64,000 nt of DNA from Euprymna scolopes (lineage: Eukaryota). Positions 10,670 through 23,730 of this stretch are shown here, in pieces. The stretch lies in the NCBI GenBank assembly GCA_053919585.1, contig CM132816.1; one strand, 5' to 3'. A program made the translations under genes and the position numbers. The notes under the pieces are model-generated. The model did not search any database, was not told the origin of the DNA, and worked only from the letters and a program-made list of their open reading frames with translations. Position 1 is the first letter of the stretch; the number at the start of each line of letters is the position of its first letter.

Positions 10670-12685
10670 TCTTGTGTTTAAAGTTGTTTATAGCAACATT
10701 TGCAATTTATACCTTTTTAGAATCTCATGGTTATCGATTTGAAGCCCATACTAATTCATATTATCATAATTTGTTTTAAATCTTGCAGTATGTAACATCT
10801 CTAAATAATGTGTTTAATAAACATTATTTAGAGATGTTACATACTGCTAGATTTAAAACCGATTATGCTTGCCTATTGTTGCTCTTACACTTGTATACAA
10901 TTATAAAAGTGTTTAATAATAATTGTTTCCAATATAATGTTTTTATCAATTCTGACGTTCTCTACCGAATAAACGATTTTTGTTCAAATGCATCTTTATG
11001 GAGTGGGTTGCTTTTATCGCAATTTAGTTTCTCGCTACCTCGTAACACATGAACCGGGATTATTTCACACATTTCATACTCACTACGTTCTCGATAGAAT
11101 ATACTACTAGTTTTATATTTAAAAATATTAACATAAATTTGCATTTTCGATAACCTCACAGCACCCCATGGGTTCATATAACTCATCCGACTTGGGAACT
11201 CAGTGTCTTAACGCTTCCACAGGCAACGTCTTACTTTGGGAATAAATTCAATTTTACTACAAAGAAAACAGGTATTCTTTCACCTGCTGAAAAATTATTC
11301 ACATAATAGTTTCCTATGTATATATTAATAACCATTCATTACCTTATGATGTGTTGTCGCCACACCCGGCCTACTGAATCTACCACTAGTCTCTCGCACT
11401 AATACTTTATTCAAAATCCCTTGAATCTAAAAGCTTCCGCACAATAGATTTTCCACCTCGACAAACCCGACAAGCAGTAAAATTCCACCCTTCATCAGAG
11501 AAGTTCCTGTATAAATGGATATCATATTATGCAAATAATTTTTTCTTCAACTTGCAATACGTTGAATTACCTTCCTCTTTAATGCTACTCTGCCCTTACT
11601 AACATGCATCGGCGTGAATATTATGCTAACAGAAATCGTCCTTTCAACCATCCAACGCCCATGGTTTTCTATAAACCCAAATATTAGATAATTATAACCC
11701 AGTTACAAATCGCCTGCTTTAGGAACAAATATTTAAAAGCTCGCCATTTTCAGTCTTATAAGCTTGCCAAACTTTTCAATTATTTTGCATGCCGAGATAA
11801 AACATTTGTAATTAATTAATTTGTAACTTAATTAATTGGCTGACGTGAATTAATTTACGGAATATAAATACAGAGAATCTTGAAAGCTTTGACAAAATTG
11901 TTTTGTATTTCTATAGTGATATTCATAGTGTGTTGTATTAAGGTTTTATTTAATTTTAAGCTTAGCGACGATAAAAGCTTTTATATTGCAAATCTACAGT
12001 TACTTTCTTTAACTTTGACTAGGTAAAATAACATAATACTCGCTTTGATAGCATGTGCATATAATATTTCATAGTATAGGAAATATTATAAATGTATAAA
12101 TAGTATATTAGCTAACAATACCACATACTTTTGATAATTGGCATGACGTACTTATATGGCACAGAATTGTTATAATTATATAACACAATAAATATAAGAT
12201 TATTTAGATTATATATGGTAGTATCCGTGATTGTGAAATGATTAAAAACCTACAAAAAACAACCGTATTCTTATATAAACATGGTTTCAAACGATGTGAT
12301 ATCTAATTAAGTGGTAAATTATCAGAAAGATGAATAGAAAAATTTATAATTACATTTCATGTAAGTAAAAATGAGATAACAATCATTAATATTACTACGC
12401 TCAAAAATTAGAAAATATACTAAGTTTAATAAAACTATGAAGAAGTAAAATTTGATATAAACACTTATAAATGTCAATAATATATACATACACAATCGAA
12501 CAATGGTATATAATTAATATTTTAAACAAGCGATGAGTGATAAATAAGAAACATATTATAGCATATTTCTTTCATATAAATGCAGAAAAGTTCAAAATTA
12601 TAAAGACCGAGTAGTGTGTTGTCAAATTGAAACTTAACTCAGAATGTAGGGTGTGGATGTTGTATTGCTAATAAAATAAATTTAC

Positions 12686-12724
<39 letters not shown>

Positions 12725-13199
12725 CACATTGATGTACTTGACATAACTGGAATTAAAGTTAACTACATTTTATGGAATCAATATTAACGATTAATGGTTA
12801 TAAAAAAAAGCTGTATACTTAACATTGTCGTAAGCTTCCTGCTCATATTTCTCGTTATAATAGTAAACTCGTTAAAAAAAGCCTTAAGATATTAAAAAGA
12901 ATTATTAATAATAAAACGAAAATAAGCTTCAAGTATGAGTAATTTGGAAAAAAATGAGGACGAAAATATTGAGCTACACTCTTTCATTTAGCTGCAAGCA
13001 TTTCAAAGATAAAGAGAAATAAACAATCAATCTAATATCGTAAAATAAAACATGTTATGATGCTAAAGATGTAGATATATGGTTAAAAGTATTAAATTTT
13101 AAATCTGATAATAATAAAACATGTATCTTAGTAAAAATATTACCTCATCTAAGCTTACAATTTGGTGTGAATGGATGTGAGCGCCGTTGATGATCTAAA

Positions 13200-14950
13200 C
13201 GATGTGAACTGATTTATGGACGACTTAGGAGGATTTGCCAAGGAATGGGACTCACTAGTAATCGTCCCAAAGGGTGGCATGAAGAGGCGCTGACCATCGG
13301 TCTTAGTGGGATGTCGTATTTATGGATCTTGGATTGGCCGTATAGGTGTGGTAGCCTGATACGGTGTTGAGCCATGTTTCTATATTTTGCAGATGGTAAA
13401 AATGTATGATCCTGCAAAGGGCCTGTGAGAGTTTTCTTTTCTGTTTTCTCGTTCGGATTTTTTGTTCTTTGAAGTAGGTGATAGATTCTATTAGGTCTGG
13501 TGGTTTTTCGAAATACTCCTCGCTGTCCATTACAGCAGTAGCATTACCTTTGTCAGCCGGCAGTAGAATGATCTTATCGTCATTGCGTTGTGACATAATG
13601 GCTGATATTTCCTCTTTTGGGTGGTTAGGTTTTGGAGGTTTCAGTGCATGTTTAACTTTTTATCTTAGTACATCGCCTTGTGTCGTTAGCAAGTTCAAGG
13701 CTGCCTCCTTTATTGGAGTTATTATTTTTTTTACATAGGCGTCACCACTTACCGTGTTCCATTTAAGATCAGGAGTAATGGTCAAGCCCAGAAGCTTGCA
13801 AAACTTTAAGATGAGAGCCATTCATTTCAATTGATGCCAGATGTGGATCAGAATGTTGATTATGTAAAGAGAGAAGCTTGGTTTTAAATGCATTAAAAGT
13901 AACCCGCCACTCCTTTCCCCATTGTACTACGTGCTCAAGATCAGAGGAGAGAGAATCGGAGAGAACTTGGTCGTTTACTGTCGTAGATGTACTACCATAA
14001 ATGGTAGTGTCGTCAGCATAAATCTCTACGAATATTGTAAGGATGTGATTTGAAATATAATTAATGTAAATCAGGAAAAGAGTTGGGCCCAGGATGGACC
14101 CCTGATGGAAACCAGCATTAATACTGTGAGCTTCTGAATTTTGCCCCTCAACTACTACTCTTATGAACGTATCAGAAAGAAATTATTGAATAATTGAGAA
14201 GACAGTTCCAGCTATACCGTAGCTGGAAATCTTGTGAAGTAAACCTTTATGCCATACCCTATCAAAGACCTTAGATATGTCAAGAGCAATTTCCCTAGAA
14301 AGGTTGCCTCCGTCTAGAGATGTGCTAATCCTATGAGATATAACTGTAAGCACATCTGCTGTAGATCTAGCAGAACAGAAACCATATTGAGTGTCATTAA
14401 GAAGGTGTAAGTATGGAATTTGCTTGGTGGTTTGTGACGAAGTTGAGGCTTTAGATTTTACCACTTATTACTCAGGAGGTGTTAGTTGTGATTTACTTAT
14501 GTTTGCAGTAACTCTTATTGGTTGATTGCTGATTTGGGTGTTTTTCTTTCGCTTTTAGAGTTACCAGTTTTTTATTTGCATTTCGAACTTCATAATTCTT
14601 GTATAGAATATAATATTGGATGCGAGTCTTTTCCCAGTCAGATATATATTTTCCAGGATGAGTGTAAGTCTGATTGAGATTATTGCTTCCAAGTGACGTC
14701 TGTTTCAATGACTGTTGTATATTTTGTCTCGTACAAGTTCGTGTCCACTCGACTTAATATCTTATGCATTCTTCTGGAATTCTCGGTGAAGTTTAAGGTT
14801 GCACCTCGTTGTACTAGTTTGAGATCACGATATCAACAAAGGTATGTTAGGTGGTTTGTATTCTTCTAGTTTTTAGTATAGCTTTTTACGTCTTTTTAAT
14901 TTTTGTATTATTTCTGGTCCGTACTAATTTTTTCATGCAGGTATGAATTT
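13200..14950 (-). mobile_element. Penelope-like element ORF 5' portion, interrupted by a LINE
   Basis: NISKSQLTPPE..LNFVT..KQIPY (14500-14410) resumes after the LINE as KKIITPIKEAA..KPPKPNHPKEE..IILLPADKGNATAVMD..PHLYGQSKIHKYDIPLRPMVS. Confidence 0.8.
13730..14410 (-). mobile_element. CR1/L2-group LINE RT fragment nested in the PLE
   Basis: ALDISKVFDRVWHKGLL, QGSILGPTLFLIYIN and IYADDTTIY motifs; ends in the family tail TAAGTGGTGACGCCTATGTAAAAAAAA. Confidence 0.9.
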
Positions 14951-15636
14951 TTAGAGGTGGTACGAATGTTTGTATTTTGTGATTACTCGGACAATTATAC
15001 ATATCTTTAGTGTTATTGGTGCAACTTTGTCTTTGTAAATTCTATGTTTTATTTTCAACTAGGAACCTAACAAAAATATACGCCCGACCCAAGGGAAATA
15101 ATCCCCTCGAAAAAAAAAAAACCTTTTGTATAGAGTTACGTCTTTCGCACTGTGTTTTCCAGAAAACAGAAATCACGCGTAATGTGTCTATCTACAGTTT
15201 CGTGAAACATTAGTTCACTAATATTGACACTTAGAATAAGGATTTAGCTAAACTTTCAATTATAAGAAAACCTTAATAAGTATTCCGCTGACCCCTGAAA
15301 GTTGATTTTTTTTTCTTTATAATTTATGGACACACCCTCAAACTTACAGTCCGATGTCTTACAATCCAAAGCCAACCCTTATTTTATTAGTTGGAAAAAA
15401 CATGGATTTTCACCGACGAAGGTCGTAATTTTTAATTATTAATACGCTATATTGTGAGCATGCATACATAGACATTTTTAGCTTCAAGTTTATTTTCGGT
15501 CCTTTTTATTCATCTGGCCACAGTTGTTACAGTAACTACGGAGGCTGAAGCGCAAATACATACAATAATTGGATCACTAAAGTTTTGTTTTGATTCCAGC
15601 TTATTGCACCGAAAGTATTTTCTTAATTTTCAATAA

Positions 15637-15690
<54 letters not shown>

Positions 15691-15717
15691 TCACTAAATA
15701 ACAATATACCGTTCTTT

Positions 15718-15804
15718 TCTCTAATAATAAATACGAGATCTGCATAGAATAGAATAAATATAAGCGTATTTTACGGTCGAGCAATGCCAGACGGCTGTCT
15801 AATT
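15718..15804 (+). mobile_element. Possible mini-Helitron remnant
   Basis: TCTCTAATAATAAATACGAG 5'-like start; GC-richer subterminal segment ending CTAAT (a CTAG variant). Confidence 0.25.
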
Positions 15805-16066
15805 TTACATATTAACACTAAACCTTTGCGTTTACAAAAATAAATATAATATGACAATGTGTGACAGATCAAGCGACTGGTGGGCAAAGCTTTACACTGC
15901 GATACAAATACGCGCGTTTCTATATAAAAATATCAACAATTTAGTAAACGAAATTCAAACTGAAACACGCTATAAAAGATAATTTTATATTTGTTGTTGT
16001 TGTTAATGACGAATACTGCTAAAAAGACTTGTGATAATTCATTCTTTTGTGGCGGATCGCGTTGAA

Positions 16067-16080
16067 CGCCCCCTGGTGGC
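16067..16080 (-). promoter_or_regulatory. CTCF-like binding motif
   Basis: Minus strand GCCACCAGGGGGCG matches the canonical CTCF core in very AT-rich DNA. Confidence 0.45.
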
Positions 16081-16954
16081 CTCATAAATAACCAAGATAA
16101 ATATCTTGGCTAATAAAACGTGAACATCCACAATGACGAATGCACAACTAATGAGCAACAAGTCAAACAACCTTTGGGAATAACGCGCTTAAATTTCATG
16201 CGGGATTTCCAATTGACATTAAGAAGTATCGGTTTCTCTGCAGCATCCGTTCCTTGCTTCATATTTTTGCCAATGGTTATCTTCACCTCTTCTCTTTCTC
16301 ATTTTTCCTTTTTTTTCTGCATCTTCTTTGGGTTTAGTATTTACTCCTTTCGTCAACTCTAGATTCTATTTTTCCTCTGTTAATTTTTTTCCATCTCCTT
16401 TTTACATTTTTCTTTTCTGTTTTTGTTCGACGTGATTTTTCGTCTTCTTTCTTGTACTTTTTATTTAACTTTTTTCTATTTTTCTTTGTATACGTTTTCT
16501 TTTTCCTTTTTTTTGTATTCTCTCTTATAACGCCTTCCCACTTTTTAATCTTCTTATATTTCCAGGCATTCAAATAATAGAGTTTTATTTGTAACACAAA
16601 AAATGGCAGCAGCAGTTGTAGTATCAATTGTAGTAGTAGTAGTAGTAGTAGTAGTAGTGCTTTCTTCAATTTGTTCTTTCTTATTTTTTGCCGTTTTCGG
16701 TCGGTGTTTTCTTCTATTTTTTACCCATTTATACTCACTTGTTTTTCTTCAATCTCTACTGTACATTTTAACTTTGCCGTCGTTTCTTACCGTTTTGCAA
16801 ACGTTTTGTTCTTTTATAATTCGTATCTATTTGGCTTTTTAGGTAATTTTTAGCCCCTTTTTATCAATCTGGCAATAGAAATTACGACGAAGGCTGTAAC
16901 GCTAATTCTATACTTTAGTGCTTAATTCCTTCGACATTGTTTAGTCATTGCTTA

Positions 16955-19800
16955 TTTTTACATAGGCATCACCACATCAAGGCGAAGCGCCTACTCGAGG
17001 ATAAGGGATAAAGAGTCTACAGTAGAAATTGGGCAATATAGTAATCGTTAGTAATGGAAATTCGGTAATGTTGTTAACTTATATGGAACGGCTCATCAAA
17101 AATTTTGTTTACGCTGGAATTGAAGACAATAATATTTTAATCAGCTGGAAAGCCGGAAAACGGAAGACAACTGCATAGGAGTGCAGTTCTAATGAAGAAA
17201 CTTTGTTCATGCAATCTACATTAAGATTTAGCCACATAAAAGGTGTGTGGATAAATTATTGATAGTGTTTTCTGCAAGATGGGTGTTTCTTGTGAAAGTT
17301 TTACGAGGGGGGCATAGAATGGAGTTCAGTAGAGCACTTGCCATGAAAATAACGATAAAGCAGAGACAGACTCGCAACATCTCTTCTTTGAGGTTGCAGG
17401 GGAGAGAAAATGGCATCCACTACGATGCTATGAAATGTATTTTTATCTCTATCAAGGCAGGACGAGTCCTTTCTAGCAGCTTCTGTCCAGATGTGTCAAC
17501 AGTACTCCATCCTTGGACGTACCTGTCTCTCCTATACATAAATAATTGCATAAGCAGTGTGATATCTTCTGGATCGATAGAAGAAATCTACCATTTCTCC
17601 CGTGGCATTGACAGCGGATTTAATGTATGTGTTCCATTCAAGATCGGGAGTAAAGGTCAAGGTCAGAAGCTTGTAAAAAGACGAGGTCTCCCCAAGACGA
17701 GAGCCATTAATTTCAATTGATGCCAGGTGGGGGTCAAAGCGTTGATGATGTACAGATAAAAGCTTCGTTTAAGATGCATTAAAAGTAACATGCCAACTCA
17801 GATCAGGAAGTGTACTGGACCCAGGTTGGACCCTGAGGGACTCCAGCATTAGTACCGTGAGCTTCTTATTTCCGCCCATCAACCACTACTCTTATGAACC
17901 TATCAGAAATAAATTATTTAATAATTGAGAAGACATTTCCAGCTATGCCATAGCTGGAGATCTTGTGAAGTAAACCTTTATGCCATACTCTATCAAAGAC
18001 CTTTGATATGTCAAGAGCAAATGCCTTAGAAAGGTAGCTTCTCTCGAGAGATTCGCTCATCCTATGTGATATAACTGTAAGCACATCTGCTGTAGATATA
18101 GCTGAAGGGAAACCATATTGCGTCTCACGAAGAAGGTAATTTTTGCTGGGATAGGTGATTACATCTCTATTTAACACAGATTCCAGCAACTTACTCATGA
18201 CACACAGGAGATTTATTAGGCCATGCTGAGATGGAGATGAGCGACTACCTGAATTCTTTGATACGGGGCATACTGAGGAGATTTTCCAGGATGATGGGAA
18301 TAAATTCTCTTTAACACAACTTTAAACAGTTTTGTAAATATGGGTGCTAGTTCTGGCTGAAGTCTTTTAGTACTATAATTGAAATACCGTCAGAGCCGTT
18401 TGCCTTGCTGGAATCAAGGTTTTTGGTTCGCTTGCCAACATGACGTACAGATATGTGTATGTCACAAGCGTGTTTTCTCATACAGGAAGACATATTGGGG
18501 GTTGGCAGCCTTATTCGCAAAGTGTACAATGAGCTGCTAAGTTCTTGTCAAAGTGTTTGGCTTTGTCTGATGCTGACGAGATTAACTCAGACCCATTTCT
18601 TATAGTTGGGATAGAACACACGTTTCCGTTCAGGATTCTGTTTGATATTTGTCAAAATCCGTGCGTCCTAAGCCGCTGTTTAGCTACTCTTGGTTTGACG
18701 GACTGAGCATACAACTCTCTTGCATTCTTTATTCCTTTTTTGCAGTGGATGTTGGCAGTCATAAGAGCGGCTTTAGTCTCAGTATATCTATTACATTGAG
18801 CGTAATGGAAAAAGTGATTTCTGTGCGTAATAGCAGCAGCACATTCAGGAGAGAACCACGACTGGCTGTTACGTTTTTGCTGAATTTTTTTCGAGGGTAT
18901 GATACGGTCTATATCTACAATTAACCATTCTATCAGGTCTGATACTATAGAGGACACATACTTTTTTAAATATGGAACGCAGAGGTAGATCTGATATAAG
19001 TGTATGGAAGCTATCCCAGTCAGCCATAGAGTAGCGATATACTGTACGATGGAGAGGTACACCCGAAGACGTATTACATTTCATTTTTATCTTAACTGAG
19101 TGGTCGGAAGATCCAAGTGGAGACAGAACGGAAGCTGTACACAGTTCAGGGCAAGTTGTGAGAAACTGGACTAGGAGATTTGCATACTGGCCGTGAATAT
19201 CGGGCACACGGGTGGGTTCCTGATCGATCTAAGTAAGTTATTAAGCAATGGGGAAATCATGAAAAAAACGCCCCTCATCATCGATCTTGTTTGAGTGATT
19301 TAAGCATTCCACAATGTGAACATTGAAGTCTCCACAGATATGAATATAAGCTGAAGGATAAGTAGATAGGAAGTGGTAAATTTTCTTAGATATGCTTTAA
19401 AAGATAGTAACTCCACTGTTGTGGGGACGATAGAGAGCAAATTGACACGTAGTAGTTAGAGCAAGTGCAACTTAGAAGCCCATATAGGAACAATTAGGAT
19501 CCTCTCTGGAGATGCCCCTACCACATGAAAAGCCATATTGGCACATATTCCATGCCCTTGACCGTCTTGGGGTCAGATTTGGAAGTTAAATTAGTATGCT
19601 TTCATTATGAACTGATCTAGGGAAGTAGTCTGTCCAATGCCAGTTTCGCTTAGAAATAATATGTCTGGTTTAGTCTCCTGTAATTCTGTAATTGGTGTTC
19701 AACCTCTGAAAGTTAGAACCTAGACCCCTGATGTTTGAGAAGGAGGCATGGTAGTGGGAGTCTACGTTAGAAGTTGGAGATCCGGGTTAAATTGTGTATT
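16955..19800 (-). mobile_element. CR1/L2-group LINE, near-complete decayed ORF (APE endonuclease + RT) with 3' UTR
   Basis: SFSNIRGL, LFLSETG, ICGDFNVH, GSSDH (APE); WFSPECAAAI, ALDISKVFDRVWHKGLL, GVPQG (RT); family 3' tail near 16960. Confidence 0.95.
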
Positions 19801-22259
19801 TTTATTGAAACTTTTCCTAATCTATATCCTTTTATCGTTTTGAATTTTTTGTTCTTAAAATTCAAATATTGCATTAGTTCATAAGTTAATAATAGTATGA
19901 GGAATAGTAATTTTCAGAAGCCATAATCAAGCAGATTGTTCAATACAACTATGCTCGCTGATATTTGGAGAATTAATAACGTCTGAACAAGGAAAGATGG
20001 GTGGGGGTTCGTTTTTGACCTAAACCATCTACAAGAATAAAACTATACATTTTGGATCACGTTTTCACCACTGAACCAAGTCATGAAATCTACGAAATTC
20101 AAGTATATGCTATTGTTGCTTTTCTTACTTGGAACGAAAGGTGGGATTCTTTGTCTGTAATTATGCTTCGTGAAACAGCCTACCTTATAGAGCAACTATG
20201 TAAATCATATTCAAGATTAAATTCGTCTTGAATTATATTGATTGACACAACTTATAATATTTTTTGCTGCTATTTTTGTCAGTAAATTTCACTGCAATTG
20301 CCTTAAACATTTACATTTGTAATTACCTTATTTATACTTATTAACATGGGGCGGTTTATCCGTGTGTAAGGGGGGTTATTTTCGGGGAAATAATGGGTTA
20401 ACTAATTACATATATAATTAGTATTTTATTTACTATTAATAGAATATTAAGTGATAACAGATACATTATGGAATCGAATAATATATATTTACGTCATGAC
20501 ACTTCATACTTTTAGAAACTCAAATTCTTTTTATCGATTGAATAAGAAGTAATTTCTGTCTTTAAAATTATTACCAAATCTCTACACATTTATATATCAA
20601 AGGTCTCAACGCATTTTACGGCCGTTATTCCTTAGTATTAAATATATAATAATATCTAAATTTTAAAAATGGTAAATACTACTTAAATAATGTTTTGCAT
20701 CAACTATTTTGTATCTCAGTCTCTTACCAACAATTATGTTTATATTGTTTATATTGTTGATAAATGGTATAGACGATTATATACAAGTCAAAATTTTGGT
20801 GAATTTACTGTGTCAAATAGAATGTAATTTCTGGTTTGAAAATCTTAAGCAAATTATTTATATATGAACATTTTAAATCTTTCCAAGTATTTCCCATTCA
20901 TTTGTCTCATGTATAAAAATTAAATAGTATATTTACTTATATACAGAATCATTTTTATGCGGGTTTATGAGTTCGTCCTCTAAATACACGAAAACAGGTG
21001 GCCCGATTAAAAAAAAATAAATCCACAAATGTAATTTACTAGACTTGGAATAATTTCATATAATTCTTAATCGTCACAATTGGATGAGTATTAAATAGTA
21101 AATACTAGAAAAAATCGCATTATATGTGTACAGTGTGAATTTTACAAAAGCTAGTACTCTTATATTTCCTAAAATCACCTGTGCATCTAAGAAGTTTATG
21201 ACCGTACAAGCAAAATTGTTAAGCGTATAAAACTAAAACGTTCGTTCTTTGATAACATTGAGATGCATTTGAAATGAATGTGCGTTTAGAATTGAACCAT
21301 TGTATTTGACCTTTGCATTTTTAACTTCGTTTTCAGTCATCATGGAAATAATTCCTTAAATTAACATTTAATTTTGTGCAGTGCAACATAGACTACAATT
21401 CAGTGTGAATTAATCACTTCGTGGGGGAATATGAATATTTCCCTCGGTGCACTGGAGTGGGTCTCTGATTAGAGCAGGTAATCAATCTATTCACTGAAAA
21501 ATGATCGAATCAACAGATTTCGATGACAATCTAAAGTGATCTACTAATTCGATGCCCCTCATTCTATTCCTGAAAGCGTCGGATCTTCCTATTAATTTTT
21601 AACAATTGATTAAAGATATATAACCATTTTTAATAGGTGTAATTAAATGTTACGTTTAAATTGAGAATAAATTGGAAAACTCAAGACAGGGGTAACTAAC
21701 ACTACTTACACTGGAAGTATATGGCGATTCATGAAACTGTAAAAGGATTAAACCGACTCAAGTTCCAAAGAAAACAGCGAACGTTGGCAACGATGCATTA
21801 ATTCGTAACGGATCTTAAAATAAAGCAAAATAGTTTAGAAAGGTTATCACCATTTATGATGACTGCTGGAACATTATGATTCTAGGGTTATACCACACCT
21901 TATAATTACTGAACAATAAGGGATATTTCCATATTTAAAATTTTTTTGTCAAAGAGCTAAGAATAGTACTTATGATTAACCTCGTAGCGTCTGTCCTTAA
22001 GCAATGATGATATGTCTATTGTTTTTTTACTAATTTTTATTTTATTACTAGTTTGTTTGGCGGCAGGGTGATTACGTGACATTAAAAACTGACTTCGTAT
22101 ATAAATATTACCGACATTATGTAAATATGCATGCATGGCGATTAGAAATAATATAAAAAAGTGTTTTTTATATCGTTGTCCCCGAATTTCTAGGCCCGAA
22201 ACCCACTAGATGCTAAGCGTTTATAAATATCAGATGGCTGGTAAGCAACACTGTAATCA

Positions 22260-23030
22260 TAGTTATAAGTGGAAATTGGATGGGCTTTGAATATTAAAGG
22301 AAATAGCTCGATAAGAATTTGAGTATATTGGACTTGAAAATAGCCATGTTGTTATCAGCTGAGAACCAGCGCCATCGTAGCAAGTTTTGCCAATCTGGAG
22401 TTTTAGGGGAAAAACATTTTTCAACGAATTTGCGTTTTGTTTAAGGTGCATATAGATCATTGAGAAAAAGTGTTGTTAGCTAGACGAGGGTTTGTTTTGA
22501 ACAATTTTTATAGGATGCGGCTTTTGATTTAAAATCGAGTCATAAAAAATATAAAAGAACATTTTAATAATAAGATGAGTCAATTAAATATTGACGTCTA
22601 GCGATCAAATTCAGTGTCTGTATCCTGAACATAATATCTAGATTCTGGTATTTATTAGTAGGGATATTCAAAGAGGGAATAGGGACCAGCGTCACAGAAG
22701 AGGGGCACATTGTCCTGCAAAATTCCTTGACAGGTCCATCGACATTCAGTGATAGGTGAACATTAGGCGATTGGCAATAAATAAACCTCTCAAAAAGAAA
22801 AGTCAAACTATCGTTTCGCTTGCTATATGTGGCAAAATACGTCAGCTCTATCATGTCACACTCGCGAATTTTTCTGTAAAACTAGAATCAGAGACATTCA
22901 GCTTGAATCTTTTATTTAGCAGCAACCATATTCAATTGTGCGATTGTGATGTCATAGCAAGGATAAAATAGAAACACATGTCCAAAGAAGTGGTGTTCAT
23001 AGGCGTGGTATACGTAACTGTTGAATATAG
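22260..23030 (-). mobile_element. Highly decayed hAT-like transposase fragment
   Basis: KTCYDGAGS resembles the hAT GQxYDGA motif; weak TYTxP-like match upstream. Confidence 0.4.
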
Positions 23031-23669
23031 CATTACTTATCTGAGACATGTTGTATACCTAGAGAATTCGAGACGTATTTGGGGCATGAGAATGCGGAAA
23101 ATGGTGTGTTCGAGACACAAGTACAACGGAAAAGAATGATTTCGAGAAGTATACTTCGAGACGTGTTCGATTTCTTTATGTTTTCTGATGAGAATAATAA
23201 AAAGCTGAAATATTCGCGGGTTGTTTATATATTTTCTTACATATTCCACTTTTCACTTCTTGTTTTTCGCAATGTATAACTACAATACATTGCAGATTCA
23301 CTTACTGCTATAACTAGCAAATTCTAGAATTACTACAAATATAATTTGCTGATTTCTGTATTTCATCTGTTAAGAAGGATCTCAAAAATAGCCTTCTTTG
23401 AAACTCCGCGGAATTAGGACTTTGTAAATTGTTGTTTGGAGTATTTAGTCGAACAATACTATTTTATTGTAAAATTCAACTTACAGTTTTAATTTTTCCT
23501 CTAATAAGTTCTACTGCCTAGGGGTATTGATCTTTTGCTTATTTTTATTCGGTTGGGATTAAATTTTCTATATATCGAAACTTTTATTTATATTAGTTTG
23601 AAGTTTACAATTGCGTATATCAGGGAAACACTATATCCCTTTAATTTCATTAATACATACACGCACACG

Positions 23670-23730
<61 letters not shown>

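Noticed and set aside
16260-16860. Lys-rich and Leu/Val-rich ORFs resembling a signal peptide plus basic tail
   Set aside because: They derive from a T-rich low-complexity tract and a (TAG)n microsatellite.
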